Source: Eledone cirrhosa (lineage: Eukaryota). From it: a stretch of 64,000 nucleotides of DNA. The translations under genes were made by a program, and so were the position numbers. This document shows, in pieces, positions 38,501 to 53,500 of the stretch. Under the pieces are notes generated by a model, which had not been told where the DNA came from, did not search any database, and saw only the letters and a list, made by a program, of their open reading frames with translations. The stretch lies in the NCBI GenBank assembly GCA_964016885.1, contig OZ024743.1, forward strand, positions 325,252,001 through 325,316,000, read 5' to 3'. Each line of letters starts with the position of its first letter. Position 1 is the stretch's first letter.

Positions 38501-41500
38501 ACCACCACCTGACCCTTAGGTGGTAGACTTAATCCATCACCCAGTATAACACCACTACCTGACCCTTGGGTGGTAGACTTAATCCATCACCCAGTTTAAC
38601 ACCGCCACCTGGGCCTTGGGTGGTAGACTTAATCCATCACCCAGTTTAACACCACTACCTGACCCTTGGGTGGTAGACTTAATCCATCACCCAATTTAAC
38701 ACCACCACCTGGTCCTTAGGTGGTAGACTTAATCCATCACCCAGTTTAACACCACCACGTGGTCCTTAGGTGGTAGACTTAATCCATCACCCAGTTTAAC
38801 ACCACCGCCTGGTCGTTAGGTGGTAGACTTAATCCATCACCCAGTTTAACACCACTACCTGGTCCTTAGGTGGTAGACATAATCCATCACCCAGTTTAAC
38901 ACCACCACCTGGTCCTTGGGTGGTAGACTTAATCCATCACCCAGTTTAACACCACTACCTTGTCCTTAGGTGGTACACTTAATCCATCACCCAGTTTAAC
39001 ACCACCACCTGGGCCTTAGGTGGTAGACATAATCCATCACCCAGTTTAACACAACTACCTGGTCCTTAGGTGGTAGACGTAATCCATCACCCAGTTTAAC
39101 ATCACTACCTGACCCTTAGGTGGTAGACTTAATCCATCACCCAGTTTAACACCACTACCTGGTCCTTAGGTGGTAGACTTAATCCATCACCCAGTTTAAC
39201 ACCACCACCTGGTCCTTGGGTGGTAGACTTAATCCATCACCCAGTTTAACACCACTACCTTGTCCTTAGGTGGTAGACTTAATCCATCGGCCAGTTTAAC
39301 ACCACCACCTGGTCCTTAGGTGGTAGACATAATCCATCACCCAGTTTAACACCACCACCTGGTCCTTGGGTGGTAGACTTAATCCATCACCCAGTTTAAC
39401 ACCACCACCTGGTCCTTAGGTGGTAGACATAATCCATCAACCAGTTTAACACCACCACCTGGTCCTTGGGTGGTAGACTTAATCCATCACCCAGTTTAAC
39501 ACCACCACCTGGTCCTTGGGTGGTAGACTTAATCCATCACCCAGTTTAACACCACCACCTGGTCCTTGGGCGGTAGACTTAATCCATCACCCAGTTTAAC
39601 ACCACTACCTTGTCCTTAGGTGGTAGACTTAATCCATCGGCCAGTTTAACACCACCACCTGGTCCTTAGGTGGTAGACATAATCCATCACCCAGTTTAAC
39701 ACCACCACCTGGTCCTTGGGTGGTAGACTTAATCCATCACCCAGTTTAACACCACCACCTGGTCCTTGGGTGGTAGACTTAATCCATCACCCAGTTTAAC
39801 ACCACTATCTGAACCTTGGGTGCTAGACTTAATCCATCAATCAGTTTAACACCACCACCTGGGCCTTGGGTGGTAGACTTAATCCATCACCCAGTTTAAC
39901 ACCACTACCTGAACCTTGGGTGCTAGACTTAATCCATCACCCAGTTTAACACCACTACCTGACCCTTGAGTGGTAGACTTAATCTATCACCCAGTTTAAC
40001 ACCACTACTTGACCCTTGGGTGGTAGACTTAATCCATCACCCAGTTCAACACCACCACCTGGTCCTTAGGTGGTAGACTTAATCCATCACCCAGTTTAAC
40101 ACCACTACCTGGTCCTTAGGTGGCATATTTAATCCATTACCCAGTTTAACACCACTACCTGGTCCTTAGGTGGTAGACTTAATCCATCACCTAGTTTAAT
40201 ACCACTACCTAACCCTTGGGTGGTATACTTAATACATCACCCAGTTTAACACCACTACCTGACTCTTGGGTGGTAGACTTAATCCGTTCACCCAGTTTAA
40301 CACCACTTCCTGACCCTTGGGCGGTATACTTATTCCATCACCCAGTTCAACACCACCACCTGGGCTATAGGTGGTAGACTTAATCCATCACCCAGTTTAA
40401 CACCACCACCTGGGCCTTAGGTGGTAGACTTAATCCATCACCCAGTTTAACACCACCACCTGGTCCTTAGGTGGTAGACTTAATCCATCACCCAGTTTAA
40501 CACCACAACCTGGGCCTTAGGTGGTAGACTTAATCCATCACCCAGTTTAACACCACCACCTGGTCCTTAGGTGGTAGACTTAATCCATCACCCAGTTTAA
40601 CACCACCACCTGGGCCTTAGGTGGTAGACTTAATCCATCACCCAGTTTAACACCACCACCTGGGCCTTAGGTGGTACACTTAATCCATCACCCAGTTTAA
40701 CACCCCTACCTGAACCTTGGGTGGTAGACTTAATCCATCACCCAGTTTAACACCACTACCTGACACTTGGGTGGTAGACTTAATCCATCACCCAGTTCAA
40801 CACCACCACCTGGTCCTTAGGTGGTAGACTTAATCCATCACCCAGTTCAACACCACCACCTGGTCCTTAGGTGGTAGACTTAATCCATCACCCAGTTTAA
40901 CACCACCACCTGGTCCTTAGGTGGTAGACTTAATCCATCAGCCAGTTCAACACCACAACCTGGGCCTTGGGTGGTAGACTTAATCCATCGGCCAGTTTAA
41001 CACCACTACCTGGTCCTTAGGTGGTAGACTTAATCCATCACCCAGTTTAACACCACCACCTGACCCTTAGGTGGTAGACTTAATCCATCACCCAGTTTAA
41101 CACCACTACCTGAAGCTTGGGTGGTAGACTTAATCCATCACCCAGTTTAACACCACTACCTGACCCTTGGGTGGTAGACTTAATCCATCACCCAGTTTAA
41201 CACCACTACCTGGTCATTAGGTGGTAGACTTAATCCATCACCCAGTTTAACACCACCACCTGACCCTTAGGTGGTAGACTTCATCCATCACCCAGTTCAA
41301 CACCACTACCTGGTCCTTGGGTGGTAGTCTTAATCCATCACCCAGTTTAACACCACCACCTGGTCCTTAGGTGGTAGACTTAATCCATCACCCAGTTTAA
41401 CACCACCACCTGGTCCTTGGGTGGTAGACTTAATCCATCAACCAGTTTAACACCACTACCTGTCCCTTGAGTGGTAGACTTAATCCATCACCCAGTTCAA

Positions 41501-44500
41501 CACCACCACCTGGTCCTTAGGTGGTAGACTTAATCCATCACCCAGTTTAACACCACCACCTGGTCCTTAGGTGGTAGACTTAATCCATCACCCAGTTCAA
41601 CACCACCACCTGGGCCATGGGTGGTAGACTTAATCCATCGGCCAGTTTAACAACACTACCTGGTCCTTAGGTGGTAGACATAATCCATCACCCAGTTTAA
41701 CACCACTACCTGGTCCTTAGGTGGTAGACTTAATCCATCACCCAGTTGAACACCACCACCTGGTCCTTGGGTGGTAGACTTAATCCATCACCCAGTTTAA
41801 CACCACTACCTAACCTTGGGTGGTAGACTTAATCCATCACCCCGTTTAACACCACTACCTGACCCTTAGGTAGTAGACTTAATCCATCACCCAGTTTAAC
41901 ACCACCACCTGGTCCTTAGGTGGTAGACTTAATCCATCACCCAGTTTAACACCACTACCTGGGCCTTAGGTGGTAGACTTAATCCATCACCCAGTTTAAC
42001 ACCACTACCTGAACCTTGGGTGGTAGACTTAATCCATCACCCTGTTTAACACCACTACCTGACCGTTAGGTGGTATACTTAATCCATCACCCAGTTTAAC
42101 ACCACCACCTGGTCCTTAGGTGGTAGACTTAATCCATCACCCAGTTTAACACCACTACCTGGGGCTTAGGTGGTAGACTTAATCCATCACCCAGTTTAAC
42201 ACCACCACATGGTCCTTGGGTGGTAGACTTAATCCAGCACCCAGTTTAACACCACCACCTGGTCCTTAGGTGGTAGACTTAATCCATCACCCAGTTTAAC
42301 ACCACTACCTGACCCTTGTTTGGTAGACTTAATCCATCACCCAGTTTAACCCTACTACCTGACCCTTGGATGGTAGACTTAATCCATCATCCAGTTTAAC
42401 ACCACTACCTGAACCTTGGGGGGTAAACTTAATCCATCACCCAGTTTAACACCACTACCTGACCCTTGGGTGGTAGACTTAATCCATCACCCAGCTTAAC
42501 CCTACTACCTGACCCTTGGATGGTAGACTTAATCCATCATGCAGTTTAACACCACTACCTGACCCTTGGGTGGTAGACTTAATCCATCACCCAGTTTAAC
42601 ACCACTACCTGACCCTTGAGTGGTAGACTTAATCCATCACCCAGTTCAACACCACTACCCGGTCCTTATGTGGTAGACTTAATCCATCATCAAGTTTAAC
42701 ACCACCACCAGGTCCTTAGGTGGTAGACTTAATCCATCATCAAGTTTAACACCACCACCAGGTCCTTATGTGGTAGACTTAATCCATCATCAAGTTTAAC
42801 ACCACCACCAGGTCCTTAGGTGGTAGACTTAATCCATCACCCAGTTTAACACCACCACCTGGGCCTTAGGTGGTAGACTTAATCCATCACCCTGTTTAAC
42901 ACCATCACCTGGTCCTTAGGTGGTAGACTTAATCCATCACCTAGTTTAACACCACTACCTGACCCTTGGGTGATAGACTTAATCCGTCACCCAGTTTAAC
43001 ACCACTACCTGACCCTTGCGTGGTAGACTTTATCCGTTCACCCAGTTTAACACCACTACCTGACTCTTGCGTGGTAGACTTAATCCATCACCCAGTTTAA
43101 CACCACCACCTGGTCCTTGGGTGGTAGACTTAATCCATCACCCAGTTTAACACCACTACCTGACCCTTGGGTGGTAGACTTAATCCGTTCACCCAGTTCA
43201 ACACCATTACCTGACCCATGGGTGGTAAACTTAATCCATCACCCAGTTTAATACCACTACCTGACCCTTGGGTGGTAGACTTAATCCATCACCCAGTTTA
43301 ACACCACTACCTGACCCTTGAGTGGTAGCCTTAATCCATCACCCAGTTTAACACCACTTCCTGACCCTTGGGTTGTAGACTTAATCCATCACCCAGTTCA
43401 ACACCACTACCTGACTCTTTGGTGGTAGACTTAATCCATCACCCAGTTTAACACCACTTCCTGACCCTTGGGTGGTAGACTTAATCCATCACCCAGTTTA
43501 ACACCACTTCCTGACCCTTGGGTGGTATACTTAATCCATCACCCAGTTTAACACCACCACCTGGTCCTTAGGTGGTAGACTTAATCCATCACCCAGTTTA
43601 ACACCACCACCTGGGCCTTGGGTGGTAGACTGAATCCATCACCCAGTTTAATACCACTACCTGACCCTTGAGTGGTAGACTTAATCCATCACCCAGTTTA
43701 ACACCACTACCTGACCCTTGAGTTGTAGACTTAATCCATCACCCAGTTTAATACCACTACCTGACCCTTGGGTGGTAGACTTAATCCATCACCCAGTTTA
43801 ACACCACTACCTGACCCTTGAGTGGTAGACTTAATCCATCACCCAGTTTAACACCACCACCTGGGCCTTGGATGGTAGACTTAATCCATCTCCCAGTTTA
43901 ATACCACTACCTGACCCTTGAGTGGTAGACTTAATCCATCACCCAGTTTAACACCACTTCCTGACCCTTGCGTGGTAGACTTATTCCATCACCCAGTTTA
44001 ACACCACTTCCTGACCCTTGGGTGGTATACTTAATCCATCACCCAGTTTAACACCACCACCTGGTCCTTAGGTGGTACACTTAATCCATCACCCAGTTTA
44101 ACACCACCACCTGGGCCTTGGGTGGTAGACTTAATCCATCACCCAGTTTAACACCACTACCTGGTCCTTGGGTGGTAGACTTAATCCATCACCCAGTTTA
44201 ACACCACTACATGACCCTTAGGTGATAGACTTAATCCATCACCCAGTTTAGCACCACCACCTGGTCCTTAGGTGGTAGACTTAATCCATCACCCAGTTTA
44301 ACACCACCACCTGGGCCTTGGGTGGTAGACTTAATCCATCACCCAGTTTAACACCACCACCTGGGCCTTGGGTGGTAGACTTAATCGATCACCCAGTTTA
44401 ACACCACTACCTGGTCCTTGGGTGGTAGACTTAATCCATCACCCAGTTGAACACCTCTACCTGACCCTTAGGTGATAGACTTAATCCATCACCCAGTTTA

Positions 44501-47500
44501 ACACCACCACCTGGTCCTTAGGTGGTAGACATAATCCATCACCCAGTTTAACACCACCACCTGGGCCTTGGGTGGTAGACTTAATCCATCACCCAGTTTA
44601 ACACCACTACCTGACCCTTAGGTGATAGACTTAATCCATCACCCAGTTAAACACCACTACCTTACCCTTGGGTGGTAGATTTAATCCATCACCCAGTTTA
44701 ACACCACTACCTGACCCTTGGGTGGTAGACTTAATCCATCACCCAGTTTAACACCACTACCTGACCCTTGGGTGGTAGACTTAATCCATCACCCAGTTTA
44801 ACACCACTACCTGACCCTTGGGTGGTAGACTTAATCCATCACCCAGTTCAACACCACTACCTGACCATTGGGTGGTAGACTTAATCCATCACCCAGTTTA
44901 ACACCACTACCTGGCCCTTGGGTGGTAGACTTAATCCATCACCCAGTTTAACACCACTACCTGACCCTTGGGTGGTAGACTTAATCCATCACCCAGTTCA
45001 ACACCACTACCTGACCCTTGGGTGGTAGTCTTAATCCATCACCCAGTTCAACACGACCACCTGGTCCTTAGGTGGTAGCCTTAATCCATCACCCAGTTCA
45101 ACACCACCGCATGACCTTTGGGTGGTAGACTTAATCCATCACCCAGTTGAACACCACTACCTGACCGTTAGGTGGTAGACTTAATCTATCACCCAGTTGA
45201 ACACCACAACCTGACCCTTGAGTGGTAGACTTAATCCATCACGCAGTTCAACACCACCACCTGGTCCTTAGGTGGTAGACTTAATCCATCACCCAGTTTA
45301 ACACCACTACCTGACCCTTGAGTGGTAGACTTAATCCATCACCCAGTTTAACACCAGTACCTGACTCTTGGGTGGTAGACTTAATCCGTTCACCCAGTTT
45401 AACACCACTTCCTGACCCTTGGGCGGTATACTTAATTCATCACCCAGTTTAACACCACCACCTGGTCCTTAGGTGGTAGACTTAATCCATCACCCAGTTC
45501 AACAACACCACCTGTGCCTTAGGTGGTAGACTTAATCTATCACCCAGTTTAACACCACTACCTGACTCTTGGGTGGTAGACTTAATCCGTTCACCCAGTT
45601 TAACACCACTTCCTGACCCTTGGGCGGTATACTTAATTCATCACCCAGTTTAACACCACCACCTGGTCCTTAGGTGGTAGACTTAATCCATCACCCAGTT
45701 CAACACCACCACCTGGGCCATGGGTGGTAGACTTAATCCATCGGCCAGTTTAACAACACTACCTGGTCCTTAGGTGGTAGACATAATCCATCACCCAGTT
45801 TAACACCACTACCTGGTCCTTAGGTGGTAGACTTAATCCATCACCCAGTTGAACACCACCACCTGGTCCTTGGGTGGTAGACTTAATCCATCACCCAGTT
45901 TAACACCACTACCTAACCTTGGGTGGTAGACTTAATCCATCACCCCGTTTAACACCACTACCTGACCCTTAGGTAGTAGACTTAATCCATCACCCAGTTT
46001 AACACCACCACCTGGTCCTTAGGTGGTAGACTTAATCCATCACCCAGTTTAACACCACTACCTGGGCCTTAGGTGGTAGACTTAATCCATCACCCAGTTT
46101 AACACCACTACCTGAACCTTGGGTGGTAGACTTAATCCATCACCCTGTTTAACACCACTACCTGACCGTTAGGTGGTATACTTAATCCATCACCCAGTTT
46201 AACACCACCACCTGGTCCTTAGGTGGTAGACTTAATCCATCACCCAGTTTAACACCACTACCTGGGGCTTAGGTGGTAGACTTAATCCATCACCCAGTTT
46301 AACACCACCACATGGTCCTTGGGTGGTAGACTTAATCCAGCACCCAGTTTAACACCACCACCTGGTCCTTAGGTGGTAGACTTAATCCATCACCCAGTTT
46401 AACACCACTACCTGACCCTTGTTTGGTAGACTTAATCCATCACCCAGTTTAACCCTACTACCTGACCCTTGGATGGTAGACTTAATCCATCATCCAGTTT
46501 AACACCACTACCTGAACCTTGGGGGGTAAACTTAATCCATCACCCAGTTTAACACCACTACCTGACCCTTGGGTGGTAGACTTAATCCATCACCCAGCTT
46601 AACCCTACTACCTGACCCTTGGATGGTAGACTTAATCCATCATGCAGTTTAACACCACTACCTGACCCTTGGGTGGTAGACTTAATCCATCACCCAGTTT
46701 AACACCACTACCTGACCCTTGAGTGGTAGACTTAATCCATCACCCAGTTCAACACCACTACCCGGTCCTTATGTGGTAGACTTAATCCATCATCAAGTTT
46801 AACACCACCACCAGGTCCTTAGGTGGTAGACTTAATCCATCATCAAGTTTAACACCACCACCAGGTCCTTATGTGGTAGACTTAATCCATCATCAAGTTT
46901 AACACCACCACCAGGTCCTTAGGTGGTAGACTTAATCCATCACCCAGTTTAACACCACCACCTGGGCCTTAGGTGGTAGACTTAATCCATCACCCTGTTT
47001 AACACCATCACCTGGTCCTTAGGTGGTAGACTTAATCCATCACCTAGTTTAACACCACTACCTGACCCTTGGGTGATAGACTTAATCCGTCACCCAGTTT
47101 AACACCACTACCTGACCCTTGCGTGGTAGACTTTATCCGTTCACCCAGTTTAACACCACTACCTGACTCTTGCGTGGTAGACTTAATCCATCACCCAGTT
47201 TAACACCACCACCTGGTCCTTGGGTGGTAGACTTAATCCATCACCCAGTTTAACACCACTACCTGACCCTTGGGTGGTAGACTTAATCCGTTCACCCAGT
47301 TCAACACCATTACCTGACCCATGGGTGGTAAACTTAATCCATCACCCAGTTTAATACCACTACCTGACCCTTGGGTGGTAGACTTAATCCATCACCCAGT
47401 TTAACACCACTACCTGACCCTTGAGTGGTAGCCTTAATCCATCACCCAGTTTAACACCACTTCCTGACCCTTGGGTTGTAGACTTAATCCATCACCCAGT

Positions 47501-50500
47501 TCAACACCACTACCTGACTCTTTGGTGGTAGACTTAATCCATCACCCAGTTTAACACCACTTCCTGACCCTTGGGTGGTAGACTTAATCCATCACCCAGT
47601 TTAACACCACTTCCTGACCCTTGGGTGGTATACTTAATCCATCACCCAGTTTAACACCACCACCTGGTCCTTAGGTGGTAGACTTAATCCATCACCCAGT
47701 TTAACACCACCACCTGGGCCTTGGGTGGTAGACTGAATCCATCACCCAGTTTAATACCACTACCTGACCCTTGAGTGGTAGACTTAATCCATCACCCAGT
47801 TTAACACCACTACCTGACCCTTGAGTTGTAGACTTAATCCATCACCCAGTTTAATACCACTACCTGACCCTTGGGTGGTTGACTTAATCCATCACCCAGT
47901 TTAACACCACTACCTGACCCTTGAGTGGTAGACTTAATCCATCACCCAGTTTAACACCACCACCTGGGCCTTGGATGGTAGACTTAATCCATCTCCCAGT
48001 TTAATACCACTACCTGACCCTTGAGTGGTAGACTTAATCCATCACCCAGTTTAACACCACTTCCTGACCCTTGCGTGGTAGACTTATTCCATCACCCAGT
48101 TTAACACCACTTCCTGACCCTTGGGTGGTATACTTAATCCATCACCCAGTTTAACACCACCACCTGGTCCTTAGGTGGTACACTTAATCCATCACCCAGT
48201 TTAACACCACCACCTGGGCCTTGGGTGGTAGACTTAATCCATCACCCAGTTTAACACCACTACCTGGTCCTTGGGTGGTAGACTTAATCCATCACCCAGT
48301 TTAACACCACTACATGACCCTTAGGTGATAGACTTAATCCATCACCCAGTTTAGCACCACCACCTGGTCCTTAGGTGGTAGACTTAATCCATCACCCAGT
48401 TTAACACCACCACCTGGGCCTTGGGTGGTAGACTTAATCCATCACCCAGTTTAACACCACCACCTGGGCCTTGGGTGGTAGACTTAATCGATCACCCAGT
48501 TTAACACCACTACCTGGTCCTTGGGTGGTAGACTTAATCCATCACCCAGTTGAACACCTCTACCTGACCCTTAGGTGATAGACTTAATCCATCACCCAGT
48601 TTAACACCACCACCTGGTCCTTAGGTGGTAGACATAATCCATCACCCAGTTTAACACCACCACCTGGGCCTTGGGTGGTAGACTTAATCCATCACCCAGT
48701 TTAACACCACTACCTGACCCTTAGGTGATAGACTTAATCCATCACCCAGTTAAACACCACTACCTTACCCTTGGGTGGTAGATTTAATCCATCACCCAGT
48801 TTAACACCACTACCTGACCCTTGGGTGGTAGACTTAATCCATCACCCAGTTTAACACCACTACCTGACCCTTGGGTGGTAGACTTAATCCATCACCCAGT
48901 TTAACACCACTACCTGACCCTTGGGTGGTAGACTTAATCCATCACCCAGTTCAACACCACTACCTGACCATTGGGTGGTAGACTTAATCCATCACCCAGT
49001 TTAACACCACTACCTGGCCCTTGGGTGGTAGACTTAATCCATCACCCAGTTTAACACCACTACCTGACCCTTGGGTGGTAGACTTAATCCATCACCCAGT
49101 TCAACACCACTACCTGACCCTTGGGTGGTAGTCTTAATCCATCACCCAGTTCAACACGACCACCTGGTCCTTAGGTGGTAGCCTTAATCCATCACCCAGT
49201 TCAACACCACCGCATGACCTTTGGGTGGTAGACTTAATCCATCACCCAGTTGAACACCACTACCTGACCGTTAGGTGGTAGACTTAATCTATCACCCAGT
49301 TGAACACCACAACCTGACCCTTGAGTGGTAGACTTAATCCATCACGCAGTTCAACACCACCACCTGGTCCTTAGGTGGTAGACTTAATCCATCACCCAGT
49401 TTAACACCACTACCTGACCCTTGAGTGGTAGACTTAATCCATCACCCAGTTTAACACCAGTACCTGACTCTTGGGTGGTAGACTTAATCCGTTCACCCAG
49501 TTTAACACCACTTCCTGACCCTTGGGCGGTATACTTAATTCATCACCCAGTTTAACACCACCACCTGGTCCTTAGGTGGTAGACTTAATCCATCACCCAG
49601 TTCAACAACACCACCTGTGCCTTAGGTGGTAGACTTAATCTATCACCCAGTTTAACACCACTACCTGACTCTTGGGTGGTAGACTTAATCCGTTCACCCA
49701 GTTTAACACCACTTCCTGACCCTTGGGCGGTATACTTAATTCATCACCCAGTTTAACACCACCACCTGGTCCTTAGGTGGTACACTTAATCCATCACCCA
49801 GTTTAACACCACCACCTGGGCCTTGGGTGGTAGACTTAATCCATCACCCAGTTTAACACCACTACCTGGTCCTTGGGTGGTAGACTTAATCCATCACCCA
49901 GTTTAACACCACTACATGACCCTTAGGTGATAGACTTAATCCATCACCCAGTTTAGCACCACCACCTGGTCCTTAGGTGGTAGACTTAATCCATCACCCA
50001 GTTTAACACCACCACCTGGGCCTTGGGTGGTAGACTTAATCCATCACCCAGTTTAACACCACCACCTGGGCCTTGGGTGGTAGACTTAATCGATCACCCA
50101 GTTTAACACCACTACCTGGTCCTTGGGTGGTAGACTTAATCCATCACCCAGTTGAACACCTCTACCTGACCCTTAGGTGATAGACTTAATCCATCACCCA
50201 GTTTAACACCACCACCTGGTCCTTAGGTGGTAGACATAATCCATCACCCAGTTTAACACCACCACCTGGGCCTTGGGTGGTAGACTTAATCCATCACCCA
50301 GTTTAACACCACTACCTGACCCTTAGGTGATAGACTTAATCCATCACCCAGTTAAACACCACTACCTTACCCTTGGGTGGTAGATTTAATCCATCACCCA
50401 GTTTAACACCACTACCTGACCCTTGGGTGGTAGACTTAATCCATCACCCAGTTTAACACCACTACCTGACCCTTGGGTGGTAGACTTAATCCATCACCCA

Positions 50501-53500
50501 GTTTAACACCACTACCTGACCCTTGGGTGGTAGACTTAATCCATCACCCAGTTCAACACCACTACCTGACCATTGGGTGGTAGACTTAATCCATCACCCA
50601 GTTTAACACCACTACCTGGCCCTTGGGTGGTAGACTTAATCCATCACCCAGTTTAACACCACTACCTGACCCTTGGGTGGTAGACTTAATCCATCACCCA
50701 GTTCAACACCACTACCTGACCCTTGGGTGGTAGTCTTAATCCATCACCCAGTTCAACACGACCACCTGGTCCTTAGGTGGTAGCCTTAATCCATCACCCA
50801 GTTCAACACCACCGCATGACCTTTGGGTGGTAGACTTAATCCATCACCCAGTTGAACACCACTACCTGACCGTTAGGTGGTAGACTTAATCTATCACCCA
50901 GTTGAACACCACAACCTGACCCTTGAGTGGTAGACTTAATCCATCACGCAGTTCAACACCACCACCTGGTCCTTAGGTGGTAGACTTAATCCATCACCCA
51001 GTTTAACACCACTACCTGACCCTTGAGTGGTAGACTTAATCCATCACCCAGTTTAACACCAGTACCTGACTCTTGGGTGGTAGACTTAATCCGTTCACCC
51101 AGTTTAACACCACTTCCTGACCCTTGGGCGGTATACTTAATTCATCACCCAGTTTAACACCACCACCTGGTCCTTAGGTGGTAGACTTAATCCATCACCC
51201 AGTTCAACAACACCACCTGTGCCTTAGGTGGTAGACTTAATCTATCACCCAGTTTAACACCACTACCTGACTCTTGGGTGGTAGACTTAATCCGTTCACC
51301 CAGTTTAACACCACTTCCTGACCCTTGGGCGGTATACTTAATTCATCACCCAGTTTAACACCACCACCTGGTCCTTAGGTGGTAGACTTAATCCATCACC
51401 CAGTTCAACACCACCACCTGGGCCATGGGTGGTAGACTTAATCCATCGGCCAGTTTAACAACACTACCTGGTCCTTAGGTGGTAGACATAATCCATCACC
51501 CAGTTTAACACCACTACCTGGTCCTTAGGTGGTAGACTTAATCCATCACCCAGTTGAACACCACCACCTGGTCCTTGGGTGGTAGACTTAATCCATCACC
51601 CAGTTTAACACCACTACCTAACCTTGGGTGGTAGACTTAATCCATCACCCCGTTTAACACCACTACCTGACCCTTAGGTAGTAGACTTAATCCATCACCC
51701 AGTTTAACACCACCACCTGGTCCTTAGGTGGTAGACTTAATCCATCACCCAGTTTAACACCACTACCTGGGCCTTAGGTGGTAGACTTAATCCATCACCC
51801 AGTTTAACACCACTACCTGAACCTTGGGTGGTAGACTTAATCCATCACCCTGTTTAACACCACTACCTGACCGTTAGGTGGTATACTTAATCCATCACCC
51901 AGTTTAACACCACCACCTGGTCCTTAGGTGGTAGACTTAATCCATCACCCAGTTTAACACCACTACCTGGGGCTTAGGTGGTAGACTTAATCCATCACCC
52001 AGTTTAACACCACCACATGGTCCTTGGGTGGTAGACTTAATCCAGCACCCAGTTTAACACCACCACCTGGTCCTTAGGTGGTAGACTTAATCCATCACCC
52101 AGTTTAACACCACTACCTGACCCTTGTTTGGTAGACTTAATCCATCACCCAGTTTAACCCTACTACCTGACCCTTGGATGGTAGACTTAATCCATCATCC
52201 AGTTTAACACCACTACCTGAACCTTGGGGGGTAAACTTAATCCATCACCCAGTTTAACACCACTACCTGACCCTTGGGTGGTAGACTTAATCCATCACCC
52301 AGCTTAACCCTACTACCTGACCCTTGGATGGTAGACTTAATCCATCATGCAGTTTAACACCACTACCTGACCCTTGGGTGGTAGACTTAATCCATCACCC
52401 AGTTTAACACCACTACCTGACCCTTGAGTGGTAGACTTAATCCATCACCCAGTTCAACACCACTACCCGGTCCTTATGTGGTAGACTTAATCCATCATCA
52501 AGTTTAACACCACCACCAGGTCCTTAGGTGGTAGACTTAATCCATCATCAAGTTTAACACCACCACCAGGTCCTTATGTGGTAGACTTAATCCATCATCA
52601 AGTTTAACACCACCACCAGGTCCTTAGGTGGTAGACTTAATCCATCACCCAGTTTAACACCACCACCTGGGCCTTAGGTGGTAGACTTAATCCATCACCC
52701 TGTTTAACACCATCACCTGGTCCTTAGGTGGTAGACTTAATCCATCACCTAGTTTAACACCACTACCTGACCCTTGGGTGATAGACTTAATCCGTCACCC
52801 AGTTTAACACCACTACCTGACCCTTGCGTGGTAGACTTTATCCGTTCACCCAGTTTAACACCACTACCTGACTCTTGCGTGGTAGACTTAATCCATCACC
52901 CAGTTTAACACCACCACCTGGTCCTTGGGTGGTAGACTTAATCCATCACCCAGTTTAACACCACTACCTGACCCTTGGGTGGTAGACTTAATCCGTTCAC
53001 CCAGTTCAACACCATTACCTGACCCATGGGTGGTAAACTTAATCCATCACCCAGTTTAATACCACTACCTGACCCTTGGGTGGTAGACTTAATCCATCAC
53101 CCAGTTTAACACCACTACCTGACCCTTGAGTGGTAGCCTTAATCCATCACCCAGTTTAACACCACTTCCTGACCCTTGGGTTGTAGACTTAATCCATCAC
53201 CCAGTTCAACACCACTACCTGACTCTTTGGTGGTAGACTTAATCCATCACCCAGTTTAACACCACTTCCTGACCCTTGGGTGGTAGACTTAATCCATCAC
53301 CCAGTTTAACACCACTTCCTGACCCTTGGGTGGTATACTTAATCCATCACCCAGTTTAACACCACCACCTGGTCCTTAGGTGGTAGACTTAATCCATCAC
53401 CCAGTTTAACACCACCACCTGGGCCTTGGGTGGTAGACTGAATCCATCACCCAGTTTAATACCACTACCTGACCCTTGAGTGGTAGACTTAATCCATCAC

